Source: a virus
IMG/VR virus record: IMGVR_UViG_3300025141_015097
Coordinates: 3,509 to 67,508 of that record
Strand: one strand, 5' to 3'
Length of the DNA: 64,000 bases
The position numbers and the translations under genes are program-made. Positions 19,039-30,300 of this stretch are shown one piece after another; the stretch's first letter is position 1, and each line of letters opens with the position of its first letter. The notes under the pieces are model-generated. The model worked only from the letters and a program-made list of their open reading frames with translations. It was not told where the DNA came from and ran no database searches.

Positions 19039-21134
19039 TAGATATTACTCAACACAAAATATTTATTAATAACTATCTCGGGATTCTTAATCCTAATTAA
19101 ATGATAATTTGCTCCAGCAGGAGTGGATATATTAGAACCCAAAGGACTCCAAACATCGCTGATGCCAATGACATCTCTATCAATAAAATAATTAGTTAAA
19201 ATTTCAAGTTCTATTGGCTTTTCCGCTCCGTTTCTAAAAGAAAACGTTTCAGTCGGCCGTTCCGAGGTTTCAGCCTCTCTTCTGCCTTGTCTTAAATCAG
19301 AAGTCATTGAATTAGCAAATGTTTGAGCAGTTGGCGCCAAATTTGCATAATCTGTGCCTGAACTTCCTGCGGCGAACAACACATCCTCTCTAAAGTTGCC
19401 AATTCTAGCTGTTGCGGGCTTTGACCTTGACACGGTGGGTGGCTCTAATGTCGAAGACATAGCCAAAATACTTTCGACACTCGTTTGTGCTATATGTCTG
19501 AGGCCTGTTATTGATTCGCCATCTCCAATTGGTAAAATTGTAGATTTGTCTGCAGATACAGCTGGTAATTTTATACTTCTTTGTTCTGAAAAAAGAACAT
19601 TTGCGCTCGTATTTGCTGAATTCTGTGTTAATTTTAATTTATTGAGTTGTGTTGGCAACTCTAATTCAATAACATATAAAAATCCTTCTAAAACTACTAA
19701 AACATCCTCAACATTTTTCATAGTTAATCTTAAATTTGTATCTGTTGCCAACTTGTGAATAAACGCAAAACTATTCGGAAGTCCTTTAGAACTTGATAAT
19801 ATATGAGTGTGTGGTGGAACTCCCGACACTCCAAATCTGTCTTTACAATCAGGGTAACAGGAGCTTTGTGCTTCCTCAACCACCCCATCATTAATTATAT
19901 GTTGGTGGCATATTTGTGTAGACTCGGGGCTGCACGCCAATAAAGCTTTTCCTGTGTTGTTTGGATTGACTGTATATACATGGTCATGGTCGTCATCGAC
20001 GCTGGTGCGCGCCTTGTGCCATAGCGATGCCAAATCTATAATCTGTGCAAAATATTTTTTAGCAGTGCCCATGCCAATCCTTCCCCTTTTGACAGAGAAT
20101 AGTGCCTCGTGTATGCTCTTTAATTCATTAAATATCTTTTCTACTTTCTTGCGCGACGGATCTTCGATGGTTATTGAAAATTCATATTCATATTCGCGGC
20201 GAGTTAAATAATCTGAATCTCTGGCAACATATGAAACTATGCCCCTGCTATCCGGAACATTAAAATCTACTCTAGTTAAATCAACTCTCTCCGAAGGGGC
20301 GTCAACTAAGTTTTCCTTTTTTATGTTTTTAAGCCTGTGTCTAATTATTTCTATATTTTTAACACTAGATATTATTTCTTCAGCAGTTAACAATTCAGAA
20401 TTCCAAGATTTTTCTTGCAAAAAAGCGCCGACATCTACAAATATTATTATTCCAAGAGTCTTATCTTCGTATGGAGTTGTATAAAATTTAATTAATGGTG
20501 CAGCAAGCAAGCGGCGAGACGGTGAATCTGGAAGGCGTCCGAACTCTTCTTCTGCTCCAGTTCTTATATCTTCCACAGAAAAATTAGTTTTAATGATTTT
20601 TTCATCATGAGAGTAGTTTACAATCCAACTTGAATATGCCTCTTGTTGTTTATTAAAAAATATAAAAATTCCATGAAAACAAGCTTTAACATTAAAATCT
20701 TCAATCTCTATACTTGTAAATTCTGATGTTATTTTGTCAGTTATTAAAACCACTTCGCGGTTGGCCAAGTTAACTTTTTCAGGGCCTCGCCGGCGTCTTG
20801 CGCGGCGAAGGCCGGGATCAGAAGGCATATGCGAATAAAATATATTTTGCCACTCTTCAGTTGGGTTTTCCCGGTCAAAGCTGTGATAAATATCGCTATT
20901 CGAATCATCAAACGCTAAAAATTTATAACTATACTGTTCGCCCTCTGCTAGTTTTTTATTAATTTTAAAGCTTATAGCACAATTTTTATCATTTATTGTT
21001 ATTCCCACTGTTTCAAAATTAACTGAATTTCTATCATCACTAAAATAAAATTCTGAAGAATTCATTGAAGAAGAAGCAAAATATTGCATCGATGTGGTTG
21101 ATGCCTGCGCCGTTGACTGAGAATGATATGCCAT
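19038..21134 (-). CDS. Hypothetical virion-associated protein with His/Cys-rich insert
   Basis: 698-aa ORF, TAATG coupling; HDH...CHQH...HTH segment. Confidence 0.6.
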   Translation of the reverse strand: MAYHSQSTAQASTTSMQYFASSSMNSSEFYFSDDRNSVNFETVGITINDKNCAISFKINKKLAEGEQYSYKFLAFDDSNSDIYHSFDRENPTEEWQNIFYSHMPSDPGLRRARRRRGPEKVNLANREVVLITDKITSEFTSIEIEDFNVKACFHGIFIFFNKQQEAYSSWIVNYSHDEKIIKTNFSVEDIRTGAEEEFGRLPDSPSRRLLAAPLIKFYTTPYEDKTLGIIIFVDVGAFLQEKSWNSELLTAEEIISSVKNIEIIRHRLKNIKKENLVDAPSERVDLTRVDFNVPDSRGIVSYVARDSDYLTRREYEYEFSITIEDPSRKKVEKIFNELKSIHEALFSVKRGRIGMGTAKKYFAQIIDLASLWHKARTSVDDDHDHVYTVNPNNTGKALLACSPESTQICHQHIINDGVVEEAQSSCYPDCKDRFGVSGVPPHTHILSSSKGLPNSFAFIHKLATDTNLRLTMKNVEDVLVVLEGFLYVIELELPTQLNKLKLTQNSANTSANVLFSEQRSIKLPAVSADKSTILPIGDGESITGLRHIAQTSVESILAMSSTLEPPTVSRSKPATARIGNFREDVLFAAGSSGTDYANLAPTAQTFANSMTSDLRQGRREAETSERPTETFSFRNGAEKPIELEILTNYFIDRDVIGISDVWSPLGSNISTPAGANYHLIRIKNPEIVINKYFVLSNI

Positions 21135-21146
21135 TAATTACTTCTC

Positions 21147-22133
21147 CTATTTACACTCATCTGCAGGAACATCAGCAGACAACGCAGAACTGTCATAAAT
21201 ATATTTTATATCTAATTTTTCATCTACATCTTTGTCTGTTATAACATTAAAATAATACTCAACAGTATCCGGGGAATATTCATCTGCAGAGAAGTATAGG
21301 CGTTTGAGTTTGGGCGCTGGACTGTCAGCGGTCTGCCCTTTATCATATACATACTCAAACACTTCTAATGTAAAATTTTCTGAATCTGATTCGTCGACAT
21401 TTTTTTCTTTTATAGAAAAAACAAAATTGTCAGATGATCTTTTTTGAAGAATTGCATAATCATCCGTTGGTTGAACTTTTTCCTTTACGTTATCCCAGCC
21501 GCTGTCGCCGATGAGCAGAGGCTTCATAGTCAAATAATCACAATATAATTGTATTTGTGGTATTTTTTCACCAAAATATTCTTTTTCCATGCCGGGAACA
21601 CTACCAGTTTTTATCGAAAGGTCTTCTTCAAAAGGGGTGTGCTTAACTGCGGGAATGGGACTATTAATTTTATTTCCATCATGACCAGCATATTTGGTCG
21701 CGCCGACGTAAACACCTGTATCGTCGCTGGTAGTCATCTGGCCGCTGCCCGAAATATGCCCTTCAATAACTTGTATATCCCACGCCGGTTTGTAATTATT
21801 AAAATTAGTCGACTTACCAAGCGGTCGGAACCAATGATTGTTATAGCGATAGTTAGCGCCCTTGCCGCTTAAATTTGCATCATCGCCGGCCAAAGAAGCG
21901 GTCCATTCGCTCTGAGCTTTAAGCGTCACAGCATTTCTTATTCTTGTCTCTGCCTCGTTTTGTTTTTCTACTGAGGGTGTGAGATATTGTGCTGCATAGG
22001 ATTTGTCGTATAAAACCTCGTCGTCGTAAAAAGCATAATAGTGTGGATTAAAACCTTCGGCGGCTAAAAGTTCTTTGCCGCGTCTTGTTAAGACCAAATC
22101 AATTACTTCTTCTTTTTTATTTAGAAATTCCAT
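21147..22133 (-). CDS. Virion protein with tail-collar-like N-terminus
   Basis: EVIDLVLTRRGKELLA...YYAFYDDEVLY, paralogous to the N-terminus of 14377..15333. Confidence 0.7.
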   Translation of the reverse strand: MEFLNKKEEVIDLVLTRRGKELLAAEGFNPHYYAFYDDEVLYDKSYAAQYLTPSVEKQNEAETRIRNAVTLKAQSEWTASLAGDDANLSGKGANYRYNNHWFRPLGKSTNFNNYKPAWDIQVIEGHISGSGQMTTSDDTGVYVGATKYAGHDGNKINSPIPAVKHTPFEEDLSIKTGSVPGMEKEYFGEKIPQIQLYCDYLTMKPLLIGDSGWDNVKEKVQPTDDYAILQKRSSDNFVFSIKEKNVDESDSENFTLEVFEYVYDKGQTADSPAPKLKRLYFSADEYSPDTVEYYFNVITDKDVDEKLDIKYIYDSSALSADVPADECK

Positions 22134-22139
22134 AAAGTA

Positions 22140-25100
22140 TTATTCTTCCTTCTCTTCCTCTTTGTTAACTTGCAAAGTAACTTTCAATTTTGCCATCTCG
22201 ATCAACGAAAAATAGTCATAGGGCCAATTGAAACTATATTCCGGAGTTTGATAATTGTGTTTGTTTCGTATACTAGTATACTTCTCATATGTATCGTAAT
22301 AATTAGTTTGAGCCCTATATTTTATTTTGAAGATCTTAAATCTCAAATCTGAAGGTAGCTTACCGTCAAAACCAGCAAGCGTCAACATTTCAGGCGAAAT
22401 CATCTCGCCGCTTTTTATTGGATGACTAATTTTTATTCTATTAAGAGTAGCATCGTGGCCAGACTCACTTATAGTAGTTGACAGATTTGCTCCAACATTA
22501 TTATCCCAGTGATTTTGTAAATTAGTTTCACTTAAAATCTTAGTTGCTTCAAAAATATACATTGCAAAAGGCATCATAGTTTTCTCTTTGTAATAATCAT
22601 TAGCAGTTACTAATGGTTCAGCAGACTTGTCTCTGGTTTTAACAAAATCAAACTGTGGAATCATAACATATTTTCTCATTTTATTAATTAAGTCAACAAT
22701 CGAATTTAACTCCTGCTTCGCTGTTTTGTCCTCTTTAACAATTGAATAAGCTTTTTCAAAATGCTCAATTGGAATATTAAAAAATTGCTCTTGACCAGAC
22801 TTATCAGTATAAAAAGGTATAACAGCAATTCCCTCTTGTATTGGTTTTTTATGCTTTGTTACTCCAATTTTCTTTTCATCAAGCTCAAAACCACATATAT
22901 CAGCCAACGAGCCAGTGGTAGTTGAATCGGCTAAATCGGGAGTCTTGACTTGAAGAAACAACCCTTCCTCTGGGCTGGTAAAATTTGACCCTTGCTGTTG
23001 CCAAACACTAGGGAAAGAAGAAGAAGGAAGATGCATATCTTTAATCGTGTCGCTTGTATACGCGTAGTTTCGAATAATACTTTGCCACTTAGGAGCGATA
23101 GTCCACCTATCATCTTGAGCTAAACTAAAAATGTTAATACTGGAAGACAAAGTCATTGCTCCAGCGGGAGTCACATAGGTGCCGCCGCTGCGGATCTGAT
23201 TTTGCATTCCTACGTTTACAAATGAAATATCCGAATTATTTGTAATATCGCTAAGCGTAAATTGTCCTTTCAAAAATCTTTCTGGTTCTGCGGCTGCAAT
23301 TGCAGTTGGATCAAAAACAATCCTCGTATATGATTCATTCTCTCCCATGCTCATTGTTGGATTCAAACTGGCGTGTTTACAACACTTGCCGCCGCTGTAA
23401 CAAACGGTGTGCCAGCCAGAGCCCAAAAAATCTGTGTCATCGGCGACGCCAGCTGGACTTAAAGAAAAATATGGTGGCACATGCTGAACGTATGGGAAGG
23501 GCCCAAACCAATGCGGAGCAGTGGATTGTGCCCAGATACCCCTTTTCTTAAGAAAAACATCCATTGCAAATTTCTTAATATATGAAGTGCTGGTAGAATC
23601 AACCACTCCGTTGGCCACCTGCTCTAGTGTCATTTTATTTGTGCCGCCATTCCACAACTGGCCTTCTGCTGTCAAACTAGGCCAACTTGAGGTGGGCTGA
23701 CTTTTGATTGTTGTAATATTTTGAGTATAGAAGTCAATTGTTTCTGCAAAAAAGTTATGCGCCATTTGCTCATAAATACCATTTGAAACTCCAATTGATC
23801 CAGTGCTATCTGACGGCATTTCATTATCAAAATCAAAAATTGCCAACTTTTGATATACTGGATTAAATTGAAAACGTTTTATTTTTTGTGCATAGTTGGC
23901 CGGCTCAAGTATCGCTTCGAAAGGCATTCGATTCTCATAAACGTTATGACATCCGCCAGTAGGCTGCGTTTGGGCCCTATTTTGAGCCATATCAACAAAA
24001 GGATAATCCACAGCAATGCCGGCCCTAATAGAATTATACATAATTCCGGGCGCATAAAATGGAGTTAACACAGTACGCCACGTCTTCTGGGGGCCTGTAA
24101 GATCAGCGTGTTTGCCATATGAGCGTGAAAACTGTTGTGCAAGATCTAAAGTGCGAAATACTGGATAAAATTCTTTTTCTGGTCTAAATTTAGTTATTAT
24201 ATCCATAGTAAACTCAATACCATCTGGTTCGCCATAATAATCACGTACTACACCCAAATTCTGTATTGTGTCAGAATGACTATAAGTTTCTAAAAGCAAA
24301 GAATTGCTACTAGTGATCGTCGTGACGCCGGGTCCAGATAAAGTCTGCGTCGTAGTACTTGCGCCGGTCACTTCTAATGTATATAAATTTTCTTGATAAT
24401 AATCTGCAGCCTCGTTGGCATTTCCCACTACATCATGAATATATCTTGATATCTTGAATTCTGGAAGAATTGAATATCCTCCAGTTTTTGCACGCGTAGA
24501 TATATCTGCAGACCATCCGGCATACGTTTCTGGGAACGGGGGAAGCCCCGGGGTGCCTGATGCGGTAAGCGTAGTAACCGTGATGCCATCCTCATTGGGA
24601 AAGCGATTATTTGTTACATCTGACGCCGGGCGGCAATGACCATAAAATCTGCCGAACCTAGGGCCGACGCCGGCGCCGACGTTGGTGCCGGGGACTGCGC
24701 CATCGTCCGTGCTGGAGCCTGTTCCACAGGGGTCCGAAGCAGCAACGCCGAAAGTATTTGGCAAATAGCATGTGTCAAATCGCATTAATTCGCCTGAATA
24801 TTCTACAAATTCGCCTTCAGAATCTTTGCCGGCTGAACCGGTTATAACTTCCATAGGCCACGAACTCATATGAATGCCAGTAACCCCCTGTGAATTTGTT
24901 CTTTGCTGAATTCTTCCCGTATAAATGGTGCCAGCACCGGAGTCGGAATTGTCAGGGCCCGATATATTATTCCAGAATGATTCATATGTGGGCCTATTAA
25001 TAATATGACTTTTGCCAACATTTTCATCACGCGGAAATACAACTTCAGAATAATTCACAGTAGTCCACGGCTCATCAGCCATTTTTACAAATTCTGAACT

Positions 25101-27386
25101 TTTATATCTTGGATTAATGCCAAACTCATCATTAAAATCGCTCAGGGCGGCCGACTCTTGATCATATACATCTTTTGTAAAAAAGTGATATTTATTGCCA
25201 AACGGCAAACTTACTGACAATTCTTTTTCATTTTTAACCAAATTAAATTCTGTCGGCGAGTGCTTGGTAGTAATCGGAGTTTGATTAATCCTATAGCGTT
25301 TTATAACAGACTTTCCATTGACATCGGCTGCTAGAATTTGATTTTCATAAACATTGCTTTCGCGAAGATGCCGTGCGACAGGGTGGTCGCCGGTTCGAAG
25401 TTGTTTCCAAGAGGGATATCCATAAGGCCCATTATAATTTTGGTATACAAATCTCAACACAGGATCCATTGAGCCGTTGTCCTCCTGAAGAGCCAGCGTC
25501 TGGTCATCCCCAACAAGGAATATATATTCATTCAACCACGGCCGCTTCGCTTCGCCGCTGGCGCCTTCGATGTCTCCGCCGCTTGATAAAATATTTTCTG
25601 ATCCAGTTATGTCGATATGCCCCGCAACAATAGTATTCATACCGACAAAATCAATCCCGTCATTAAGAGTTGACTGCTCTGAAGCGCCATGATAGGCCAC
25701 AATCACTGTGCCCTCACTTTTACTCACAAACGAAATATCTTCAGCGCCGGTAGAATAATCATAGCCCAGCCATGGTAAAAAAGCGGAAGATGTCAGCGTA
25801 GACACATCTACCAAATCAGATTGTATTGAGGCTGTAGTCGCAATCAAACTAGAAGAGATTACATACGCCGAGGCCTCTCTTACCCAACTATATTGTAATT
25901 CTGTTCTTGGTATTTGCCTACTAACAAACCAATTATCGTATGAAACGCTAGCGCTTGCAGCGATTGGTGAAGAGTGATCGGGGCCGGCATAAAATTTATT
26001 AGGCTGTCTCAGCGTGTTTCTAGGCGTCTTATGAAATGAAGCGCTTGTCGGCGTGCTTGAATCATATCCGCCACTTAAAGAGTGTCTGGTATATAAAACA
26101 TCCAGCGCCCTTCTCATATCATAATTTCGCCATGGAAGTGCATTATATGGAGAATACTGTCCTGATTCAATATCCAGATATGCTGTCGAACTTTCTAATA
26201 TTCCGCCGGGTGCAGAAAATCTCTCAACAAAAACATGGCTATTGGCAACGTCGGTGCGGTCGAGGCGCTCATATTCTGTAATGGGTATACCGGCAGACCA
26301 ACTTACATGAGGCGAGACTGTTTCCACCACAGAAATTGTGCCGTTACGCGTAATATATCTATTATTTATATCTCTACCAGAAGTTTGCACAATTTCATAT
26401 GAAGAACTATAGTTGCCAATACTATGATACTGACTAGCCGAAGCAGAAACAGTTCGAATATTTCTAATGTTTACAGGGCGTTTCGCATATTCTCCTCTTG
26501 TATATTTCCCAACAGGCTTATTCGGATCATAATCTGCATTGACAAATCTAGGATTACTAACTAGAATTAAATTATTGGCTGCTTCAACGGCAATTCTATA
26601 TCCTTCGCTTCGCTCATTAGACTCAGTTACAAGCAACTGTCCATGCCTGTATTGATAACCGCCAACATTTTTTTCTGGCCAAGGGCCCTGCAGTGGTATT
26701 TCGCCATAAGAATCTAAGTGCATATTTTCTAATGAAATATTATACTCCAGATCAGTTAAATCATATGAGCCGGGCGCAGAAGAACTAAAAACTGCAAAGG
26801 GTAATCTTTCTTGTCTGTAATATGTTTTCTCTGGGTCGCTAACAGCAGTACCATCATAACAACGCATAGGCATTTTTCGTTTAGGATCAACATAATATAG
26901 TGTAGTTTGATCCAAGCCATCGTCCACTGCTTTAAATGGCAATTCGTAGTCGTCGTCTACAGACTGAGTATAAAATTCGACATAAATCCCATCAGCAGGG
27001 TCGCCATGGATTGTTGTTTTTTCTTCTTCGTATTTTCCGTAAATATAATTTACATTTTGTTTTCTTTTGGGGTTTGCGCCCGGGCGGTAAGTACGACCAA
27101 TTTCATAAAAATCTTTTACTGGAGTATAATGTTCCCGCTGCAATCTTTTGACTTCATTCCACTGCAATTGAGCCCTAGTTTTGTTATAAGTAAAGGGCTC
27201 TCGATCTCGTTCCGCTCTATATTTCCACCAAGAGGCATGTCTTCTTTCACTGCCAAGAGAAACATCAGTAGAAGATGTCGGAGCGGAAAACTCAACATAT
27301 GAAATATATCGTGGACCATCAGCCGTAGTTACACTGCTAAGGCCGGCACTTCTCTCAAAATGTTCAGATTTTTCTTTCTTTGGCAT
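22140..27386 (-). CDS. Very large Ser/Thr-rich virion structural protein (1748 aa)
   Basis: Long ORF coupled to the upstream gene by TAATG with GGAGG SD; structural operon context. Confidence 0.7.
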   Translation of the reverse strand: MPKKEKSEHFERSAGLSSVTTADGPRYISYVEFSAPTSSTDVSLGSERRHASWWKYRAERDREPFTYNKTRAQLQWNEVKRLQREHYTPVKDFYEIGRTYRPGANPKRKQNVNYIYGKYEEEKTTIHGDPADGIYVEFYTQSVDDDYELPFKAVDDGLDQTTLYYVDPKRKMPMRCYDGTAVSDPEKTYYRQERLPFAVFSSSAPGSYDLTDLEYNISLENMHLDSYGEIPLQGPWPEKNVGGYQYRHGQLLVTESNERSEGYRIAVEAANNLILVSNPRFVNADYDPNKPVGKYTRGEYAKRPVNIRNIRTVSASASQYHSIGNYSSSYEIVQTSGRDINNRYITRNGTISVVETVSPHVSWSAGIPITEYERLDRTDVANSHVFVERFSAPGGILESSTAYLDIESGQYSPYNALPWRNYDMRRALDVLYTRHSLSGGYDSSTPTSASFHKTPRNTLRQPNKFYAGPDHSSPIAASASVSYDNWFVSRQIPRTELQYSWVREASAYVISSSLIATTASIQSDLVDVSTLTSSAFLPWLGYDYSTGAEDISFVSKSEGTVIVAYHGASEQSTLNDGIDFVGMNTIVAGHIDITGSENILSSGGDIEGASGEAKRPWLNEYIFLVGDDQTLALQEDNGSMDPVLRFVYQNYNGPYGYPSWKQLRTGDHPVARHLRESNVYENQILAADVNGKSVIKRYRINQTPITTKHSPTEFNLVKNEKELSVSLPFGNKYHFFTKDVYDQESAALSDFNDEFGINPRYKSSEFVKMADEPWTTVNYSEVVFPRDENVGKSHIINRPTYESFWNNISGPDNSDSGAGTIYTGRIQQRTNSQGVTGIHMSSWPMEVITGSAGKDSEGEFVEYSGELMRFDTCYLPNTFGVAASDPCGTGSSTDDGAVPGTNVGAGVGPRFGRFYGHCRPASDVTNNRFPNEDGITVTTLTASGTPGLPPFPETYAGWSADISTRAKTGGYSILPEFKISRYIHDVVGNANEAADYYQENLYTLEVTGASTTTQTLSGPGVTTITSSNSLLLETYSHSDTIQNLGVVRDYYGEPDGIEFTMDIITKFRPEKEFYPVFRTLDLAQQFSRSYGKHADLTGPQKTWRTVLTPFYAPGIMYNSIRAGIAVDYPFVDMAQNRAQTQPTGGCHNVYENRMPFEAILEPANYAQKIKRFQFNPVYQKLAIFDFDNEMPSDSTGSIGVSNGIYEQMAHNFFAETIDFYTQNITTIKSQPTSSWPSLTAEGQLWNGGTNKMTLEQVANGVVDSTSTSYIKKFAMDVFLKKRGIWAQSTAPHWFGPFPYVQHVPPYFSLSPAGVADDTDFLGSGWHTVCYSGGKCCKHASLNPTMSMGENESYTRIVFDPTAIAAAEPERFLKGQFTLSDITNNSDISFVNVGMQNQIRSGGTYVTPAGAMTLSSSINIFSLAQDDRWTIAPKWQSIIRNYAYTSDTIKDMHLPSSSFPSVWQQQGSNFTSPEEGLFLQVKTPDLADSTTTGSLADICGFELDEKKIGVTKHKKPIQEGIAVIPFYTDKSGQEQFFNIPIEHFEKAYSIVKEDKTAKQELNSIVDLINKMRKYVMIPQFDFVKTRDKSAEPLVTANDYYKEKTMMPFAMYIFEATKILSETNLQNHWDNNVGANLSTTISESGHDATLNRIKISHPIKSGEMISPEMLTLAGFDGKLPSDLRFKIFKIKYRAQTNYYDTYEKYTSIRNKHNYQTPEYSFNWPYDYFSLIEMAKLKVTLQVNKEEEKEE

Positions 27387-30300
27387 TATCTTCCTCCACC
27401 ACCGCCGCAGTCGATCTTGGGGTCACAGCAAGGCGGATCGTTTATGTTGGTGCATTTATCCATCGGCTCATCCGCCACATTGCTGCACTTGTGACAATTT
27501 TCACAAAGCAAAGGTGAGCCGGTTACAGGATCACAATCACCCGCCTTCTTTATGCTGTCATTGCAAATTGTTTTAACAGTGTCGTCGCGGGATCTACAAG
27601 TTTCACAAGATTTGTCAGTGTGTTTTATGCACTGCCAACCAAAATAATATTGCCCCATTGCAGCAAATCCATAATTAGCACTATCTGCTGTATTTAAGCA
27701 GCACTTAAACCTACATTTTTCTGGTGCGTCAACAACCCTGCTATCGTTTGAGATAATTAAATTTAATGCATATGCAGCGGCGCCCTTACCAAAACTTTCG
27801 GCTGCAGCAACAGTGCAAGCTGGGAAAGTGCACCCATCGTTATCAGCTAGCGCCGGCTCATCTGCAGGGGGGTTTTGGCCAGCGTTTGGACCTTGAGTAA
27901 GCTTGCCATAATTCGAAGACGGAATCTTAATAGTATAACCATCTTGTTTATGTCTATGAAAATCCGATTTGCAAACATAATTATATCTGCACACCTCTTT
28001 ATTATACTGTGTACTTGGATCACAAAGATCCACGACCCAAGGGAAGTTGCCATACACGTATTCTTTATAATTGCCGGCTGTGTCGTCATAACAGCATTTA
28101 TATTTGCACTTATATGGATTATGATGAGTCGCTATAGATGTGCAATTGATACAATCTTTGTCATCCTTGCTCATGCTCTTGCCGGCTTTGCAACCGGCTA
28201 TTTGACAACAATAATGTTCAGTTTTGCCGGCTTTAACGCACGCCTCAGTTTTGAGCTTTGGGTCAGCAGGATTCAAAATTTCTAAACCAAGATCCTTCTC
28301 TGACTGGTTTAACTTCTTCTTGCACGCATAATACGAACACTTACTTTTGTCGCATGCGCTACATTCCCCTGCCGGAAGTTGTTTAAATTTATTCCATGTT
28401 TTATCTTCTTTACAAGAATTAAACGCCTTATCATCACAACAACCTGTTTTACCTTCGTATTCACATAGACTATTGTCTTTTGTGGCCGCGCACTTGTCGG
28501 GACCGGCTGCTAATTTATCTAATTTGTCCTTTACAGTTTTGTTTTTAAACCAATGGTTCGTCGCGCTGGCGTCATGACAGCCCTTAACGTATTTGCAGCA
28601 CTTGCCACCCTTGCATTCTTCACCGTAGCCTTTATATTTTGGACTATAGTTCTTTGCACACTTATCTATACAACCATACGTATATTTACACTTTGAATTA
28701 TCCGCATAGTCCGGGCTGGTACAATTATCAAAGTTGATGGCGAGCTTGTCCCCGCACCCTTTCCACACACATGAGCCATCTTGATGTTTAGTAACTTTCT
28801 TTCCAGTAAGAGTTGTGAGATAGTTATCTGCCGTTTTGCCATCCTTCCCATGCAACTCCGGAGCTTTTTTGCAAATAGCCTCTGATAAGCTCTTGCAACC
28901 AAGAACTGGTGGTGGCGGTGGTGGCTTTGGCTTCGGTGGCGCCTTGTATTTGGTTACCAGCTTCGCAGTTTCAGGATCAACATCCTCAATTTCATCAGGA
29001 TAATCCTCGCTTACATCAACCCAAATCGGCTCATCCGGGCCGGTGTTACCGGGTGATCCAAAATTCGGAACATCCACAAATAAGGGTGGGCGATGCTGAT
29101 ATTTGTTACGCGATAAAATATGATTTTCAACTATAGTGCGAACTTCCTTCGAAGCATTCGCAGAAGCAGGAATTAAATTTGACACTGCGGTGTCAAGTGC
29201 ATTGTCTAACCACTTATACAATTCCACAAATTTTTCTATATCTGAAACTTCCTCAATCTTATCAAAAAACATATGTCTAAGTTTTTCTAGACCCTTGTAT
29301 TTTCCTCTAAAACGATTTACTGGTTCTCCAATTTGATTATTAAAATCAATGATAGAGGCAAAGAAGTTTAACATTCTTCTAGAAATTATCTCATACATGC
29401 TGGCTTCTATCGAAAAGAAGTGTTTTACCGGCCTAGATTCTCTAGTGAAAAAGAGATCGTCTGTAGACAAAATGTTTACAAGATCACTAGAATATAAATT
29501 TTCTGGTTGTAACTGTCTGGTTGTTGGAATAAATTCAAAATTTGTTGGCGATTTGTTGGCTGTAAAGCCATAGCCCTTGGCAGTATGATTAGTTTTGGTA
29601 TGAGCAGCAAAAGCACCATAGCTATGTGACACCAGCGCGGAATACGTCGTCGTAAGTCCCGAGAACTCCTTAGTACGATAAGCCGGATAAGAACCCGAAG
29701 CAACATCTCTTATCAAAAATTCTCCACTTGAATCAGCCGTTGGGGTTGTTTCAAAATCCCAGTTAAGAGCTAGCGCTTCCGCTTGAGGAATATGAATACT
29801 AGACGAGAGGCCAGCTTCTGCCGAAGCAGTTGTGACAGTCCTACCGGGGTTGAGTCGACCAAAGTTATTTGGATCTCTAGCGTGGTGGCGCATTTCTTCA
29901 TCAGAAATATAATCATGCCACACTCGCAAAGAAGATAAACGAACATCAGATTTTTGTAAGATGCTCCCAGTAAAGCCATCTCTGTGTGCGCCAACAAAGA
30001 ATCTTTTGTTGGAACCCGTTATAAAGTCGCCAGCTTTTTCTGTAGTAATGGAGGTTGACAAAGAAAATTCATCTAACACTTCTCCCAAATAATTGTTAAT
30101 GCCATAAAATTCTAAACTAAACCCAGAAGAAGTAATTACATTTGAAGAAATCGGATAATTGTCAGGCCTAACTCTAACGGCGAAGTTCCATTTTGAATTA
30201 TCATATACTTTTGCACTGGATGCTCCGTCTTGCGGATATGTGGTAGTCTTAATTTCTTCGAAAAATTCAGTTGAGGACTTTAACCTAAAATAAACACGTT

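Noticed and set aside
27485-27510. CENCH (CxxCH) heme-c motif
   Set aside because: A single instance in a 10% Cys region with no export signal; expected by chance
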